From Gemmatimonadota bacterium (GTDB lineage Bacteria > Gemmatimonadota > Gemmatimonadetes > Palauibacterales > Palauibacteraceae), in the NCBI GenBank assembly GCA_963666735.1, contig OY762926.1, positions 768,001 to 832,000 on the forward strand: a stretch of DNA of 64,000 nt, read 5' to 3'. The notes below the pieces were generated by a model that did no database searches, was not told the origin of the DNA, and was given only the letters and a program-made list of their open reading frames with translations. Within the stretch, counting starts at the first letter, position 1. Every line of letters begins with the position of its first letter. Positions 45,567 through 56,205 of the stretch are shown here, one piece after another. Made by a program: the position numbers and the translations under genes.

Positions 45567-46706
45567 TCAGCTGGGACGAAGCAGGATATCGGTCGTTCCC
45601 GCCCCGACCGGCGCCTCGTCGATGAACTCGCCCGTAGCCGAAAGGAGAACGAGACGTCCCTGGCCCGCGGTCACGTAGGTGGCGCAGAGCAACTGCCCGT
45701 CCAGAAATGCGGCGGCGACCCGGCAGTTGAGATTCGAGCCGTCGCGGTCGCGCGGCTGGATCGGATTCTCCGGCCCGTTTACCCATGCCCGAACCGCAAA
45801 GCTGAACGTCAGCACGTCCGTGTCCGTCGCGTCGACGCCCTTCGTGCGCACGATGTAGACGAGCCCGTCCCGCCCGGCCTCCATGGCGATCCCGTTCCCG
45901 CCGAGGGAGTTCACGTCCTGCACGGCCCGGGCCGTCATGTCGATCTCGACGAGATTCCCGTCCCCCAGCGGAGCCGAGGCCAGCGGATCGACCCCGCCGC
46001 CGGCCAACAGGAGCATCTTGTCTTCGAGCACGATGGCCTCGGTGACCCCTACGGTGCTTTCCGGGAGCCTCAACTCGTCGAAGTAACTGCCGCTGATGAA
46101 CTCGTGGAGAACGATGCGAGGAGGGCCGAGCGGCTCTCGTCCGCCGTCCTCGTCGTCGAGGTTGCCGTCGACGGAGACGAGGAACTGTCCCGCCGGGATC
46201 ACCCTCTCCACGAACGTGCCCACCCCCTCCACGGCAACCTGCGCCATCGGAGTGCCGGGGAAGGTCACATACACCGCATCCAGCGCCCGGGCGGGGATGA
46301 GCGCGCCCACCGTACCGCCGGCATCGAAGATCACGGTGGGTTTACCGGGGTCCGCGATGGCGTTGTTCGGGAAAACGGCCATCGTCTGTTCGTCGGTGGA
46401 GAAGGACCCGAAGAGGATCTTGCTCCCCTCCGGAGTGTCCCACGCCGTGACCCACAGATCCTGAATGAAATCCGCCGCCTCGCCCTTGAAGTCCGCCCCC
46501 AGTTGAATGTCACGCCCGAAGGGGACGATCTCGCCGTCGATCCGGTTGAACTGCTGCAGGGTCCCGGAGATGGAGTTGAGAACGGCGAATTCCGATTGTT
46601 CGGGACGTACGACGCCGGGGCCATCCGGCCCCGTCCCGTTCGAATCACCGCACCCGGCGAGAAAGACCGCCAGTGCCCCGACCCGTATCCAGCTGCGTCT
46701 CCGCAT
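45567..46706 (-). CDS. Beta-propeller-like lipoprotein downstream of the B12 ABC genes
   Basis: AGAGGAG RBS, lipobox LAGC, repeated short beta-strand pattern. Confidence 0.65.
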   Translation of the reverse strand: MRRRSWIRVGALAVFLAGCGDSNGTGPDGPGVVRPEQSEFAVLNSISGTLQQFNRIDGEIVPFGRDIQLGADFKGEAADFIQDLWVTAWDTPEGSKILFGSFSTDEQTMAVFPNNAIADPGKPTVIFDAGGTVGALIPARALDAVYVTFPGTPMAQVAVEGVGTFVERVIPAGQFLVSVDGNLDDEDGGREPLGPPRIVLHEFISGSYFDELRLPESTVGVTEAIVLEDKMLLLAGGGVDPLASAPLGDGNLVEIDMTARAVQDVNSLGGNGIAMEAGRDGLVYIVRTKGVDATDTDVLTFSFAVRAWVNGPENPIQPRDRDGSNLNCRVAAAFLDGQLLCATYVTAGQGRLVLLSATGEFIDEAPVGAGTTDILLRPS

Positions 46707-46878
46707 GATTTTTCTCCTCTGGTGCCCAACCTGTTCGGTTCGCGGCCCATCGCCGCCCGGGCGGCGGCCGCGCACCGCCGGTTGGGTGCTTCCCGGCAAG
46801 GTCCGCTCCCGGCTCATGTACGGCAAGCGGATGCCGCACCCCCTGTCCGGGGCCGGCGGGCTTCCGCCAGAACAACGT

Positions 46879-47742
46879 TTAGAGAGCCCGTACCGGCGAC
46901 GCCGCGTCGCGTGGCGCTCCGCGCGGGCGCGCCCGCACCGGGAGCACGGAGTGCCCGAGATCGCCCAGCGGTTCGACTCGGACGTCGCAGCCATAGGTCG
47001 AGGCCAGAGCCGGCGATCCGAGCACCTCGCCCGGTGGGCCGGCTGCCACCGCCTCTCCTGCCGCGAGCAGGATCATTCGATCGGCGTAGCGGCTCGCGAG
47101 CTGCATGTCGTGCGTAATGCAAATGACGGTGAGGGCGCGGTCGCGCACGCGCTGCCGCAGCGCATCGAAGATCCACAGTGCGTGCCTGAAGTCGAGGTGG
47201 GCGGAGGGTTCATCCAGGATCAGGATTCCGGGCTCCTGTACGATGGCACGGGCGAGCTTGGCGCGCTGGCGCTCGCCCCCCGACAGCTCCGCGAGCGGCC
47301 GGTTCGCGAGGTGCTCGAGGCCGGCCCAGGCCAGGGCGTTCCCGATCACTTCCCGATCCCGGCGCGCGAGGGGCGCCCACGGACTCACGTACGGGTTTCG
47401 GCCCAGTTCGACGTACCCGTGGAGGCTTACTCGCAGGGCTTCGGGGGGAGCGTCCTGCGATACGACGGCCGTGCGCCGGGCGAGCGCCGGCCGGTCCCAG
47501 GAGACGAGCGGCCGGCCATCGAGGCGCACCGACCCCCCGGATGGATCGAGAATGCCTCCCAGCAGGCGCACGAGGGTGCTCTTCCCCGCTCCGTTGGGCC
47601 CAATGACCACCGTGAAGGCGGCCGCCCCGAATTCGAGGGACAGGCCCTTGAGAGCCGGAGCGAAGGCCGACGGATAGCGGTACGTGACGTCCTCGAGTCG
47701 GTAGGCCGCCGCGTCCCCCCGGTCACCGGCGGACTCAGGCAT
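46879..47742 (-). CDS. Cobalamin/Fe-chelate ABC ATPase (BtuD/FepC-like)
   Basis: GPNGAGKST, LSGGERQR, LDEPSAHLD. Confidence 0.9.
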   Translation of the reverse strand: MPESAGDRGDAAAYRLEDVTYRYPSAFAPALKGLSLEFGAAAFTVVIGPNGAGKSTLVRLLGGILDPSGGSVRLDGRPLVSWDRPALARRTAVVSQDAPPEALRVSLHGYVELGRNPYVSPWAPLARRDREVIGNALAWAGLEHLANRPLAELSGGERQRAKLARAIVQEPGILILDEPSAHLDFRHALWIFDALRQRVRDRALTVICITHDMQLASRYADRMILLAAGEAVAAGPPGEVLGSPALASTYGCDVRVEPLGDLGHSVLPVRARPRGAPRDAASPVRAL

Positions 47743-48724
47743 GGCTCCTCCTCAGCAGTACGAGGAAGAGCGGCACGCCGAGCAGGGCCGTCACCACGCC
47801 CACCGGGAGTTCAAGAGGCCGGAGCGCGACCCGCGCCACCGTATCGGCGAACACGAGCGCGGCGGCGCCGCCAAGGGCGCCGAGCGGCAGGAGGCGCCGG
47901 TGGTCGCTGCCCCAGATCATGCGTGCGCCGTGGGGGATGACGAGACCCACGAAACCGATGACGCCCGCGGTACTCACCGCCACGGCGGCGAGGAGTGAAG
48001 CGATGAAGTACGCGCTGCGCCTGACCACTTCGACCCGCGCCCCGAGGTAGGCCGCCGCTTCCTCTCCCAGAGCGAGCGCATTCAGGTGGCGGGAAAGCGC
48101 AAACGCCACGGCGCCGCCCGCCGCAGCCGCGAGCCCGAGGGCGAGCGTGGATTCCCACCCCGCCCGCTCGAGACTCCCCATGGTCCACAGGACCGCGGCC
48201 CGTGTGGCGTCCGGTTCGGCGAGCGAGAGAAGGAGCATCACGCCGGCCCCGAAGAAGGCCGCCACGACGACTCCCGCCAGGATCAGGACATGCGTGTCGA
48301 GACGACCCACGGCGAGCGCGACGCGAAACACGATGGCGATGGCGGCCAGACCTCCGGCGAGGGCAAAGCCGACGGTACCGAGGTATCCCAGCACCCCTCC
48401 GAACGCGGTGAGCGCGAGCACGGCGCCGAGCGCCGCCCCCGAGGAAACGCCGAGGAGATAAGGTTCGGCAAGCGGGTTTCGGAGCAGAGCCTGGAACAGG
48501 GTTCCGGAGATCGTGAGCGCGATGCCCGTGAGCGCGGCCGCCGCGACGCGGGGGAGGCGAAGGGAGAGGACGATGGTGCGCGCGGACGGATCCGTTTCCT
48601 GGCCCGTGAGCGCCCGCCACACCTCCGCGGGGGCGACATTCGCCGCGCCCAGCAGGAGGCCGGCGGCCGCCGAGACGACGAGAAGCAACACCAGCAGGAG
48701 CGCTCCACGGCCGGTCCGGGTCAC
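47735..48724 (-). CDS. FecCD/BtuC-family permease
   Basis: LRLPR, RNPLAEPYLLGVSSGA, IGFVGLVIPH. Confidence 0.92.
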   Translation of the reverse strand: MTRTGRGALLLVLLLVVSAAAGLLLGAANVAPAEVWRALTGQETDPSARTIVLSLRLPRVAAAALTGIALTISGTLFQALLRNPLAEPYLLGVSSGAALGAVLALTAFGGVLGYLGTVGFALAGGLAAIAIVFRVALAVGRLDTHVLILAGVVVAAFFGAGVMLLLSLAEPDATRAAVLWTMGSLERAGWESTLALGLAAAAGGAVAFALSRHLNALALGEEAAAYLGARVEVVRRSAYFIASLLAAVAVSTAGVIGFVGLVIPHGARMIWGSDHRRLLPLGALGGAAALVFADTVARVALRPLELPVGVVTALLGVPLFLVLLRRSHA

Positions 48725-49656
48725 GAGGAGCAGGAGGCCACGGCCGGTTCCGGGGCGGTGGCCGGAAGTTCTCCGTGCAGCGCCTCCGCGATCGAACGCG
48801 CCGCCTCCGGCACCCGCGGGCCGAGGCGGCTCACGACATCTCGATCCAGCGTGGAGATCCGGCCGGCCGCGACTGCGGGGATCCGTTCCCACCCGTGGCG
48901 CATCCCGAGATCCGGAGGCCGGTGCAGCGCTGCCCGGGCCACCGAGACGAGGATTCGCTCCGGATCGCGGTCGATGATGGCCTCGAGACTCACCCGCGGC
49001 GCCGCCGGCGCGAGATCGCCGAACACGTTGGCCCCGCCGGCGATCGTGAGCAGCGAGTCGATGAAACTGCCGCCGCCGATCGTCATCGGCGGCTCGGCCC
49101 AGGCGTCGTAATAGACTCCGACGCGCGGGCGGCCCTCCGTCGCCCGGGAGACGGCGGCGAGTTCGCGAGCAATCCGGTCGGCGAGCGCACTCCCGCCGTC
49201 CGCACAGCCGACAAGCTCGCCGAGGCGGAGGATATTGCGGCGCAGATCTTCAAGCGTGTCGTGTCGAAGCGCCAGCGTCGCGACGCCGAGCCGCTGCAGC
49301 CTCTCCCGGCTTTCCCGGTTCGTGTCCCCATCGTAGAGGACCACGAGATCGGGGTCCCGGGCGAGCACGGCCTCCAAAGACGGGTGGATGCCGTCACCGA
49401 CGTCGGGAATTCGTCGGGCCGCGGGCGGATGGATCCCCCATCGAGTGCGGCCCACGAGCCGGTCGCCGGCGCCGAGATGGAAGAAGATCTCCGTCACCGC
49501 CGGAATGAGAGAGACGATCCGTCGCGGCTCGGACCGCACTGCCACTTCCCGGCTCGGTGCGTCGCCGCGGTCCCCGCCGCCGCCACCGGGCGCGCCGCAG
49601 GCCGTCGCGAGCGCCGCGGCGAGGAGGGCGAGCGATGGGGCCATGTTTTTCGACAT
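48721..49656 (-). CDS. BtuF-like substrate-binding lipoprotein
   Basis: Lipobox ATAC, RIVSLIPAVTE, SFIDSLL, RLGPR. Confidence 0.9.
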   Translation of the reverse strand: MSKNMAPSLALLAAALATACGAPGGGGGDRGDAPSREVAVRSEPRRIVSLIPAVTEIFFHLGAGDRLVGRTRWGIHPPAARRIPDVGDGIHPSLEAVLARDPDLVVLYDGDTNRESRERLQRLGVATLALRHDTLEDLRRNILRLGELVGCADGGSALADRIARELAAVSRATEGRPRVGVYYDAWAEPPMTIGGGSFIDSLLTIAGGANVFGDLAPAAPRVSLEAIIDRDPERILVSVARAALHRPPDLGMRHGWERIPAVAAGRISTLDRDVVSRLGPRVPEAARSIAEALHGELPATAPEPAVASCSS

Positions 49657-49765
49657 CTATCCCCCGCTTCCGGTCCGAACGGGGGAGCGCGCCGGAACCC
49701 GGCGCGACGGAGGGCCCCGCTCTTCCCGCGAAGAGCATGCGTTGGCAGCGGCGTGCTGCCGAGGG

Positions 49766-49875
49766 CATGGAGGAACACGTCTCCTGGCTCGAGGCCCTTG
49801 CCGTCCGCTTCGCCGGGCCTCTCACAGTGGCGGGGCCGCGCCGGATTCTCACCGACTTCCGTTTGCCCCTCCATG
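49766..49875 (-). promoter_or_regulatory. Cobalamin riboswitch (compact)
   Basis: CGGAAGTCGGTGAGAATCCGGC..CCCGCCACTGTGA..GAGCCAGGAGAC core, closed by a perfect CATGGAGG/CCTCCATG stem, upstream of btuF-like gene. Confidence 0.92.
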
Positions 49876-49948
49876 TCCGCGCGTCGCCGCCAAGATGGGC
49901 GCGGCCGTCCGCGACGCGCAAGAAACCGCTCGCCGCTCCGCGGGCCCT

Positions 49949-50488
49949 TCAGGGCTCGAAGCGGCCGAAGTCCTCGGGGTCCAGTCCCTTGAGGTAGTCG
50001 CTCAGCGGCTCGTCCGGGGCGCGGGACGGCCCGGCCTCGGGAGGCAGCGATTCTCCTTCCTCCACCCCGGTCTCGTCGATCTCGAACGCGCTCGCTTCAA
50101 GGAGGCTCTCCGCCGCATGGATCGGGATCCCGGCGCGGAGAGCCAGCGCGATGCTGTCGCTGGGACGGGCATCGATGGAGATGAATTCGTCCTCTCGCCG
50201 AAACACGAGTGACGCGTAGTAGGTGTTGTCGACGACCTTCGTGATCAGTACGCGGACGAGAGTGCTGTCCAATCCGCGCACCACGGCGTTGAAGAGGTCG
50301 TGTGTGAGGGGACGCGTGAACTGAATTCCCGCGAGTTCCATCGCGATCGCCGAGGCCTCGCCGGGTCCGATCCAGATCGGGAGGAAGCGATCGCCGTCCT
50401 TCTCCCTGAGAATCACGACGGGAGCGCCCGTCGTCTTGTCGAGCCCGAGGCTGGCCACGGCAACCTCCCGCATCCCGGACTCCGTCAT
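49949..50488 (-). CDS. Bifunctional nuclease family protein (DUF151)
   Basis: LPIWIG..EA, RPLTHDL, DARPSDSIALA. Confidence 0.9.
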   Translation of the reverse strand: MTESGMREVAVASLGLDKTTGAPVVILREKDGDRFLPIWIGPGEASAIAMELAGIQFTRPLTHDLFNAVVRGLDSTLVRVLITKVVDNTYYASLVFRREDEFISIDARPSDSIALALRAGIPIHAAESLLEASAFEIDETGVEEGESLPPEAGPSRAPDEPLSDYLKGLDPEDFGRFEP

Positions 50489-50521
50489 CCCGGCTCCTTC
50501 CGTAACCTTCCGGGGCGCCGC

Positions 50522-51664
50522 CTATCCGGCGAGGGCATCGATCCGATCGGTCCGCTCCCATGTGAAACCATCGCCGTCGGGCTCGCGGCCGAAGTGTCCG
50601 TAGGCGGCCGTCCGGCGGTAGATCGGTTTGCGGAGTCCGAGCCGCTCGATGATCGCCCGCGGCCGAAGATCGAAGACCTCCGTCACGCGACGGGCGAGTG
50701 CCTCGTCCGGCCGGCGACCGGTGCCGAAGGTGTCGACCCTCACGCTGACCGGCTCGTCGACCCCGATGGCGTAGGCGAGCTGGACCTCGGCCCGCCGCGC
50801 AAGTTCCGCCGCGACGAGGTTCTTGGCGATCCAGCGCGCCGCGTAGGCCGCGGAGCGGTCGACCTTCGACGGATCCTTCCCCGAAAACGCGCCGCCGCCG
50901 TGCCGGCCCACGCCGCCGTACGTATCCACGATGATCTTCCGCCCCGTGAGGCCCGCATCGCCCTGCGGTCCGCCGATCTCGAAACGGCCCGTGGGGTTGA
51001 TGTGGCACTGCGCCCGGTCTTCGTCGTAGAGCTCGCCCGGCAGCACGGGCCCGATGACCTTTTCCCTGATCGCCGCCTCGATCTCATCCGGTGCGACGTC
51101 CCCGTCGTGCTGGGCCGCAACGACCACCGTCGTGATCCGGGCCGGTTCCCCATCACGGTATTCGACCGACACCTGCGCCTTCCCGTCCGGCCGCAGCCAG
51201 GCGATCCCGCCGGACCGCCGCACGTCCGCCAGACGCTTCACCAGCGCGTGCGCCAGCATGATGGGGCGGGGCATCAGCTCCGGGGTCTCATCGGTCGCGT
51301 ATCCGAACATCATCCCCTGATCGCCGGCGCCGCCGACGTCCACGCCCTGGGCGATGTTCGCCGACTGCTCGTCGATCGCGGTGAGGACGCTGCACGTGTC
51401 CCACCGGATGCCGTGTTCCGCGCGCGTATAGCCGATGTCGCGCAGCACTTCCCGGGCGACGGACGCGATGTCGATCCTGGCGGCCGTCGTGATCTCGCCG
51501 GTCACGAGGACGAGGCCCGTCGTCACGAGTGTCTCGCAGGCGACACGGCCCCGGTCGTCTTCCGCGAGGATGCGGTCGAGCACGGCGTCCGAGATCTGGT
51601 CCGCGATCTTGTCGGGGTGTCCCTCGGTCACGGATTCCGAGGAAAACGGTTGTATCCCCTTCAC
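50522..51664 (-). CDS. metK: S-adenosylmethionine synthetase
   Basis: [26 protein letters not shown]. Confidence 0.97.
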   Translation of the reverse strand: MKGIQPFSSESVTEGHPDKIADQISDAVLDRILAEDDRGRVACETLVTTGLVLVTGEITTAARIDIASVAREVLRDIGYTRAEHGIRWDTCSVLTAIDEQSANIAQGVDVGGAGDQGMMFGYATDETPELMPRPIMLAHALVKRLADVRRSGGIAWLRPDGKAQVSVEYRDGEPARITTVVVAAQHDGDVAPDEIEAAIREKVIGPVLPGELYDEDRAQCHINPTGRFEIGGPQGDAGLTGRKIIVDTYGGVGRHGGGAFSGKDPSKVDRSAAYAARWIAKNLVAAELARRAEVQLAYAIGVDEPVSVRVDTFGTGRRPDEALARRVTEVFDLRPRAIIERLGLRKPIYRRTAAYGHFGREPDGDGFTWERTDRIDALAG

Positions 51665-51770
51665 GAGGCTGATTCTCCCGGCTGGAGGTTCGCGGCGGAG
51701 CGCCGCAGGAGGCGTAGCGGCCAAGATAGTGGCCGCCCGGCGGGGCGGAGGCAACGTCCCCGCCGCGGGA

Positions 51771-53510
51771 TCAGGAGACGTACAGCGGCGACGGCTCCAC
51801 CGGCATCGCGTCCTCCAGCCGCGCGACGAGTTCCAGCGGCATCCCGGACGGGGAGTCCGCGCGGTTCCAGAGTTCCGACAACTCCGCCACGGAGAGCAGC
51901 CCCACCAGCTCTCTCACCTCGGGGATCGACGCGGGCGCGAGACTGAAATCCCGATAGCCGAGGGCGAGCAGGAGGGCGAGCCCCACCGGTTCCGCGGCGA
52001 GATCGCCGCAAACGCCGATGTCGAGATCGAGGGCGCTGGCCGTGTTGAAGATCCGCTCGTAGCTGCGGAGCAGCGCCGGATGCATGGGGTTCGAGAGATG
52101 CTGAAGCCTGGCGTTGCCGCGGTCCACGGCCAGGGAGTATTGCGTCAGGTCGTTCGTGCCGAGGCTGATGAAATCCAGGTGCCGTCCCACGAGATCGAGC
52201 GTGTCCGCAAGCGCGGGCGTCTCCACCATCACGCCGAAGGAGACGGGTTCGGTCTGACCCAACTCGCGACCGACCTCGGCCACGATCTCCTTCGTGCGCA
52301 CGATCTCGGTCTCACAGATGACGAACGGAACCAGGATCCGCATGCGGGCCTGCGGTCCGCCGGCCCGGATCGCGGCGCGCAACTGGTTGCGGAAGAGTTG
52401 CGGCCGGTCGAGGCAGACGCGGATGGCGCGCCAACCCAGATAGGGGTTTTCCTCCGGAGGAAGGTCGAGGAAGAGCGGGAACTTGTCGCCGCCGATATCG
52501 AACGTGCGGAGCGTCACCGGCTGGTTCGGGAACCCGTCCACGACCTCGCGATAGGCTTCGAACTGCTCCTCCTCGCTCGGGATCACCCTCCGTCCGATGA
52601 CGAGGAATTCGGATCTGAAGAGTCCGACCCCCTCGGCCCCCACGCGGCGGGCCGCCGGCACATCGTGCGGTTGATCGATGTTGGCGCGAAGGTGGACGCG
52701 GACCCCGTCGGCGGTCCGCAAGGGAGCGGGTGCGCGCGCGGGATCGGCCGCGGGACGCCGGGCAAGGCGGCGGACCATCCGCAGGTGTGCCGCCCTCTCG
52801 GCGTCCGTGGGCTCGATCAGGATCCGGCCGTTGCCTCCGTCGAGCAGAACCGTCGTTCCGTCTTCGATCTTCGCGAGGTCGCTGCCGAGTCCGACGACGG
52901 CCGGGATACACAGCGAGCGGGCGACGAGCGTGCTGTGCGAGGTCCGGGACCCGGATCCGCTCGCCACGCCGAGGACGAGTTCCGGGTCGAGGCGCACCGC
53001 GAAGCTGGGCGTGAGGTCGTCGACGGCGATCAGCCCGGGCTCCTTCGGGAAGGCAAGCGGATCCTCGTCGCGGCCGGTAAGCCGCGCGAGCACGCGCGAC
53101 CGAATGTCGCGCAGGTCGGCCAGCCGATCGACGACCATGAAGTGCCCCGCATCGATGATCGCCGTCCGAAGCTCGGTCAGGCGCCAGTCGAAGGCTCGCT
53201 CCGCGGAGAGGAAGTTCTCGCGGATATAACGGATGGTGCCGGCGACGAGGTCCGGATCCGAAAGGATGAGAATCTGCGGGTCGAAGATGTTCGCTTCCAC
53301 CTCGCCCAGCGAGCGGGCGGCCTGTTCGCGCGTGTCCCGGACGCGGTCGGCGGCCCAGGCCCGTGCCTCCTCGAAACGCGCGACCTCGCGCTCCACGGCG
53401 TCGAACGGGATCGTCCGGTGCTCCGGCCGCCACTCGTGACGCTTGAGTCGCCGAGCCACGCCGAGAGCGCGCCCCGGGGCGGCCCCGATCCCATGGATGA
53501 CCTCGCTCAC
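51771..53510 (-). CDS. ptsI: PTS enzyme I
   Basis: RTSHS phospho-His motif, [20 protein letters not shown]. Confidence 0.95.
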   Translation of the reverse strand: MSEVIHGIGAAPGRALGVARRLKRHEWRPEHRTIPFDAVEREVARFEEARAWAADRVRDTREQAARSLGEVEANIFDPQILILSDPDLVAGTIRYIRENFLSAERAFDWRLTELRTAIIDAGHFMVVDRLADLRDIRSRVLARLTGRDEDPLAFPKEPGLIAVDDLTPSFAVRLDPELVLGVASGSGSRTSHSTLVARSLCIPAVVGLGSDLAKIEDGTTVLLDGGNGRILIEPTDAERAAHLRMVRRLARRPAADPARAPAPLRTADGVRVHLRANIDQPHDVPAARRVGAEGVGLFRSEFLVIGRRVIPSEEEQFEAYREVVDGFPNQPVTLRTFDIGGDKFPLFLDLPPEENPYLGWRAIRVCLDRPQLFRNQLRAAIRAGGPQARMRILVPFVICETEIVRTKEIVAEVGRELGQTEPVSFGVMVETPALADTLDLVGRHLDFISLGTNDLTQYSLAVDRGNARLQHLSNPMHPALLRSYERIFNTASALDLDIGVCGDLAAEPVGLALLLALGYRDFSLAPASIPEVRELVGLLSVAELSELWNRADSPSGMPLELVARLEDAMPVEPSPLYVS

Positions 53511-53809
53511 GCCAGCCCTCCCGCGTCCACGTCCGGAGCGAGTTCCTCGCTGAACCCCGACAGGACGAGTTCGGTGAGGGAATCCACGGCGTTCTCCGCG
53601 TCGGACCCCATGGCCCGGATGCGGATGGAGGCGCCGGCCTCCGCCGCGAGCATCATCACGCCCATGATGCTCTTCCCGTTCACTTCCATCTGATCCTTCT
53701 CCACCCACACTTCGGCCCGGAACCGGCTCGCCAGCTTAACGAACTCGGCGGCCGGCCGGGCATGCAGCCCCAGCCGGTTCCGAATACGTACCGCTGCTTC
53801 ATGTCGCAT
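53507..53809 (-). CDS. ptsH: HPr phosphocarrier
   Basis: GLHARPAA, NGKSIMGVM. Confidence 0.95.
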   Translation of the reverse strand: MRHEAAVRIRNRLGLHARPAAEFVKLASRFRAEVWVEKDQMEVNGKSIMGVMMLAAEAGASIRIRAMGSDAENAVDSLTELVLSGFSEELAPDVDAGGLA

Positions 53810-53894
53810 CGTCACGGGAACCCTCCGCTCCGGTCGAGCGAACGATCGGGGCCGGGCCGTGCGTCGCCGCAGGCTGCACCGCCTGTCGGGACGC

Positions 53895-54623
53895 TCACAG
53901 GAGCCGCACCGCGCATGCGGCAAGCAGGCTGGCCATGGCGACCGCCGAGATGTGTCGGGGAACAAGATAACCCATCAGCGCCACCATGACTGCACCGCCG
54001 TCCCTCCAGGGAAGGTGGCCGGTTCCCGGAAGCCGGCCGATGAGCAGCGTGGCGAGCACCCCGATGAGCACCTGGTTTGCCGCCACGAGCCCCCTCTCGA
54101 TTTTTCGCAGAGGCGCGCGCTTCAGCGCGGAGGCCACCGACCGGCCCGATCTCCAGCCACAGCGCAGTCCCCAGACGCGGAGGGCGAGGTGGCCGGCATT
54201 GTACAGGAGGAGAAAAGCGCCGGCGGCGAACAGGGGGTCGAGTCCAAGCACGAACGCGATGGCGGCGGCGGACGCGCAGAAGGGCCGCCATCCGGCCCAC
54301 GCGACGCCGTCGCCCAGCGCCCCCAGGGGCGCGCGGAGCGCGGAACGGAAGCGAGACAGGGTGTCGGCGTCGACCCCATCGAATTCGAGGCGAGCGAGGG
54401 CCCCGATCGCCACGGGAGCCAGGTACGGATGCGCGTTGAACGCTCGCGAGTGGCGCTGGACGGCCCGCTGGAGGACGGCGGGATCGTCCGCGTGAATGCG
54501 CGCCAGCAGCGGCGCGAGCGCATGCGCCATCCCGGGTCCCGTCATCGTTCGGTCGTTCCACGAGCCCTGGATGGAGAAACTGCGCAGGATGGCGCGCACG
54601 AAATCCCTCCCGCGCGGCCTCAT
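53895..54623 (-). CDS. PTS mannose-class IID
   Basis: IQGSWN, FNAHP, PLGALGD. Confidence 0.88.
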   Translation of the reverse strand: MRPRGRDFVRAILRSFSIQGSWNDRTMTGPGMAHALAPLLARIHADDPAVLQRAVQRHSRAFNAHPYLAPVAIGALARLEFDGVDADTLSRFRSALRAPLGALGDGVAWAGWRPFCASAAAIAFVLGLDPLFAAGAFLLLYNAGHLALRVWGLRCGWRSGRSVASALKRAPLRKIERGLVAANQVLIGVLATLLIGRLPGTGHLPWRDGGAVMVALMGYLVPRHISAVAMASLLAACAVRLL

Positions 54624-55318
54624 GCGACGAACCGGGCGAGCAGGGTACCCAGAAGACAGCCCGCTGCAAGCGCGGGCCAGCCGCGGCCCCGCGCGCCGAG
54701 CCCGCGCGCCGCGACGCCCGCGGCTCCGGCGAGTCCGAACCCCGCGACAAGGGGCCACCACGCGGCGCCCGCCGCCCCGGAAGGCTGCGTCGACAGCAAA
54801 CGAACGAACAGCACGGACGGCACGAACAGCGCGGCGACGAGGAGTCCGGCGCGCAAGCCGTCCAGGGCGATCGCCAGCCTGTGGCGTCGCGCGAGGGCGG
54901 CCGCTCCCCCGCGGAAGCCCTCGGGCCGCGAAACAAGGCCCGGTGTCACGCGCCGGAGGAGCGTCACCGAGTACGCACCCGTCCACCCGATCGCCCAGCC
55001 GACCGCGACCGCGGCGACGATGCCGGCCGGTGCGCCGCCGCCGGCGACTGCGTACGCGGCCCCCGCCGTGAAGGAGGCGGGTCCGGTCTCGGGGTGCCGC
55101 GCGCCGCCGAAGGGGGGATGCCGGGACAGGACGAGTTCCAGCCAGACTCCGACCAGGCAACCCGCGGCGGGAGCCCCGAAGAGCATCCCACCCAGCGTGC
55201 CCGCCACGATGGGCCGGGACCACATGGCCTGAGGCCAGGACACTCCGTCGACCCCGATGACCGCACCGAACAGGCAGGCCAGCGCCCAGCCTCCGGCCGA
55301 AAGCTCCACCGCGGTCAT
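54620..55318 (-). CDS. PTS mannose-class IIC
   Basis: QAMWSRPIVAG, hydrophobic, operon position. Confidence 0.85.
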   Translation of the reverse strand: MTAVELSAGGWALACLFGAVIGVDGVSWPQAMWSRPIVAGTLGGMLFGAPAAGCLVGVWLELVLSRHPPFGGARHPETGPASFTAGAAYAVAGGGAPAGIVAAVAVGWAIGWTGAYSVTLLRRVTPGLVSRPEGFRGGAAALARRHRLAIALDGLRAGLLVAALFVPSVLFVRLLSTQPSGAAGAAWWPLVAGFGLAGAAGVAARGLGARGRGWPALAAGCLLGTLLARFVA

Positions 55319-55794
55319 CGGAGCTTCCGCGCGTCGAGACGGATTTCGGGTGCGGTGGGCAGGTTCCGTGCGTTCACGGATGCATGTTCACCGATCCGCC
55401 GCAGGTCCTCGGCCTCCTCCGGAGAGAGATGGACATAGTCGAGGATCTTCCTTCGCCCCTCCCCGGCATACACGCCTCCGACGTTCACGACCCGCCCGTC
55501 GAGGCATCCCCGCTCGGCCAGCGCCCGCATCGTTCCCGTGTCCCGCGTCAGGAGCGCACCGCGCTCCGCCCGGCGGCTCAGTTCCCCGAAGCGCCGGGCC
55601 GCCTCGTCCACCCCCAGAAACTCCGCGCTTTCCTCGTCGGCGAGCGCGCTGGCCCAGAGTTCCTGCTCCCATTCGCTGGCAGCGAGCGCTTCATCGACAA
55701 CGACGTAGAAGTCGAGGGCGAGAGGACGCCCCCACCCCACGAGTACCTGGCCGTGGATCAGACGCTCATCGATCCGCAGGAGCTCGATCGGCAC
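55315..55794 (-). CDS. PTS mannose-class IIB
   Basis: RIDERLIHGQV. Confidence 0.92.
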   Translation of the reverse strand: MPIELLRIDERLIHGQVLVGWGRPLALDFYVVVDEALAASEWEQELWASALADEESAEFLGVDEAARRFGELSRRAERGALLTRDTGTMRALAERGCLDGRVVNVGGVYAGEGRRKILDYVHLSPEEAEDLRRIGEHASVNARNLPTAPEIRLDARKLR

Positions 55795-55803
55795 GAGTCC
55801 GGC

Positions 55804-56205
55804 TCAGTCGGTCCCGGCCGGCGGGGACGGGTGGGCGCGCTGCCCGGCCTGTCCCTTCCGGAGAAGACGGGGGACGAGCATCTCGACCGGCATCTCTCGA
55901 TGAAAGACGAAGTCGAGCAGCATCGGGAGGTTGACGCCCGTGACCCACGCACAGCCTCGGCTCTCCCGCACATGCTGAAGGCCGGCCAGGCCGCAGCTGC
56001 CGCCTGCCAGGTCCACGAAAAGGATGGCCTGCGTGCCTTCCGCCGCCCTTCCGATGGTCTCGGCGAGTTCGTCGGGCCCCAGGCCTTCGTTGCTCACGGC
56101 ACGTAGAGCACCCCTGACGCCGCTGATGGTCTCGACGGCGGAGACGAGGGCATGTGCCAATTCCGCGTGGGCCACGACGACGCCGCGAACCCGGTTATTC
56201 GTCAT
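55804..56205 (-). CDS. PTS mannose-class IIA
   Basis: VVVAH, VDLAGGSC, GVNLPMLL. Confidence 0.9.
   Translation of the reverse strand: MTNNRVRGVVVAHAELAHALVSAVETISGVRGALRAVSNEGLGPDELAETIGRAAEGTQAILFVDLAGGSCGLAGLQHVRESRGCAWVTGVNLPMLLDFVFHREMPVEMLVPRLLRKGQAGQRAHPSPPAGTD

Noticed and set aside
46802..46836. Possible sigma-54 promoter (GGCATCCGCTTGC on the minus strand) upstream of the lipoprotein
   Set aside because: GG-to-GC spacing is 9 nt rather than the required 10.
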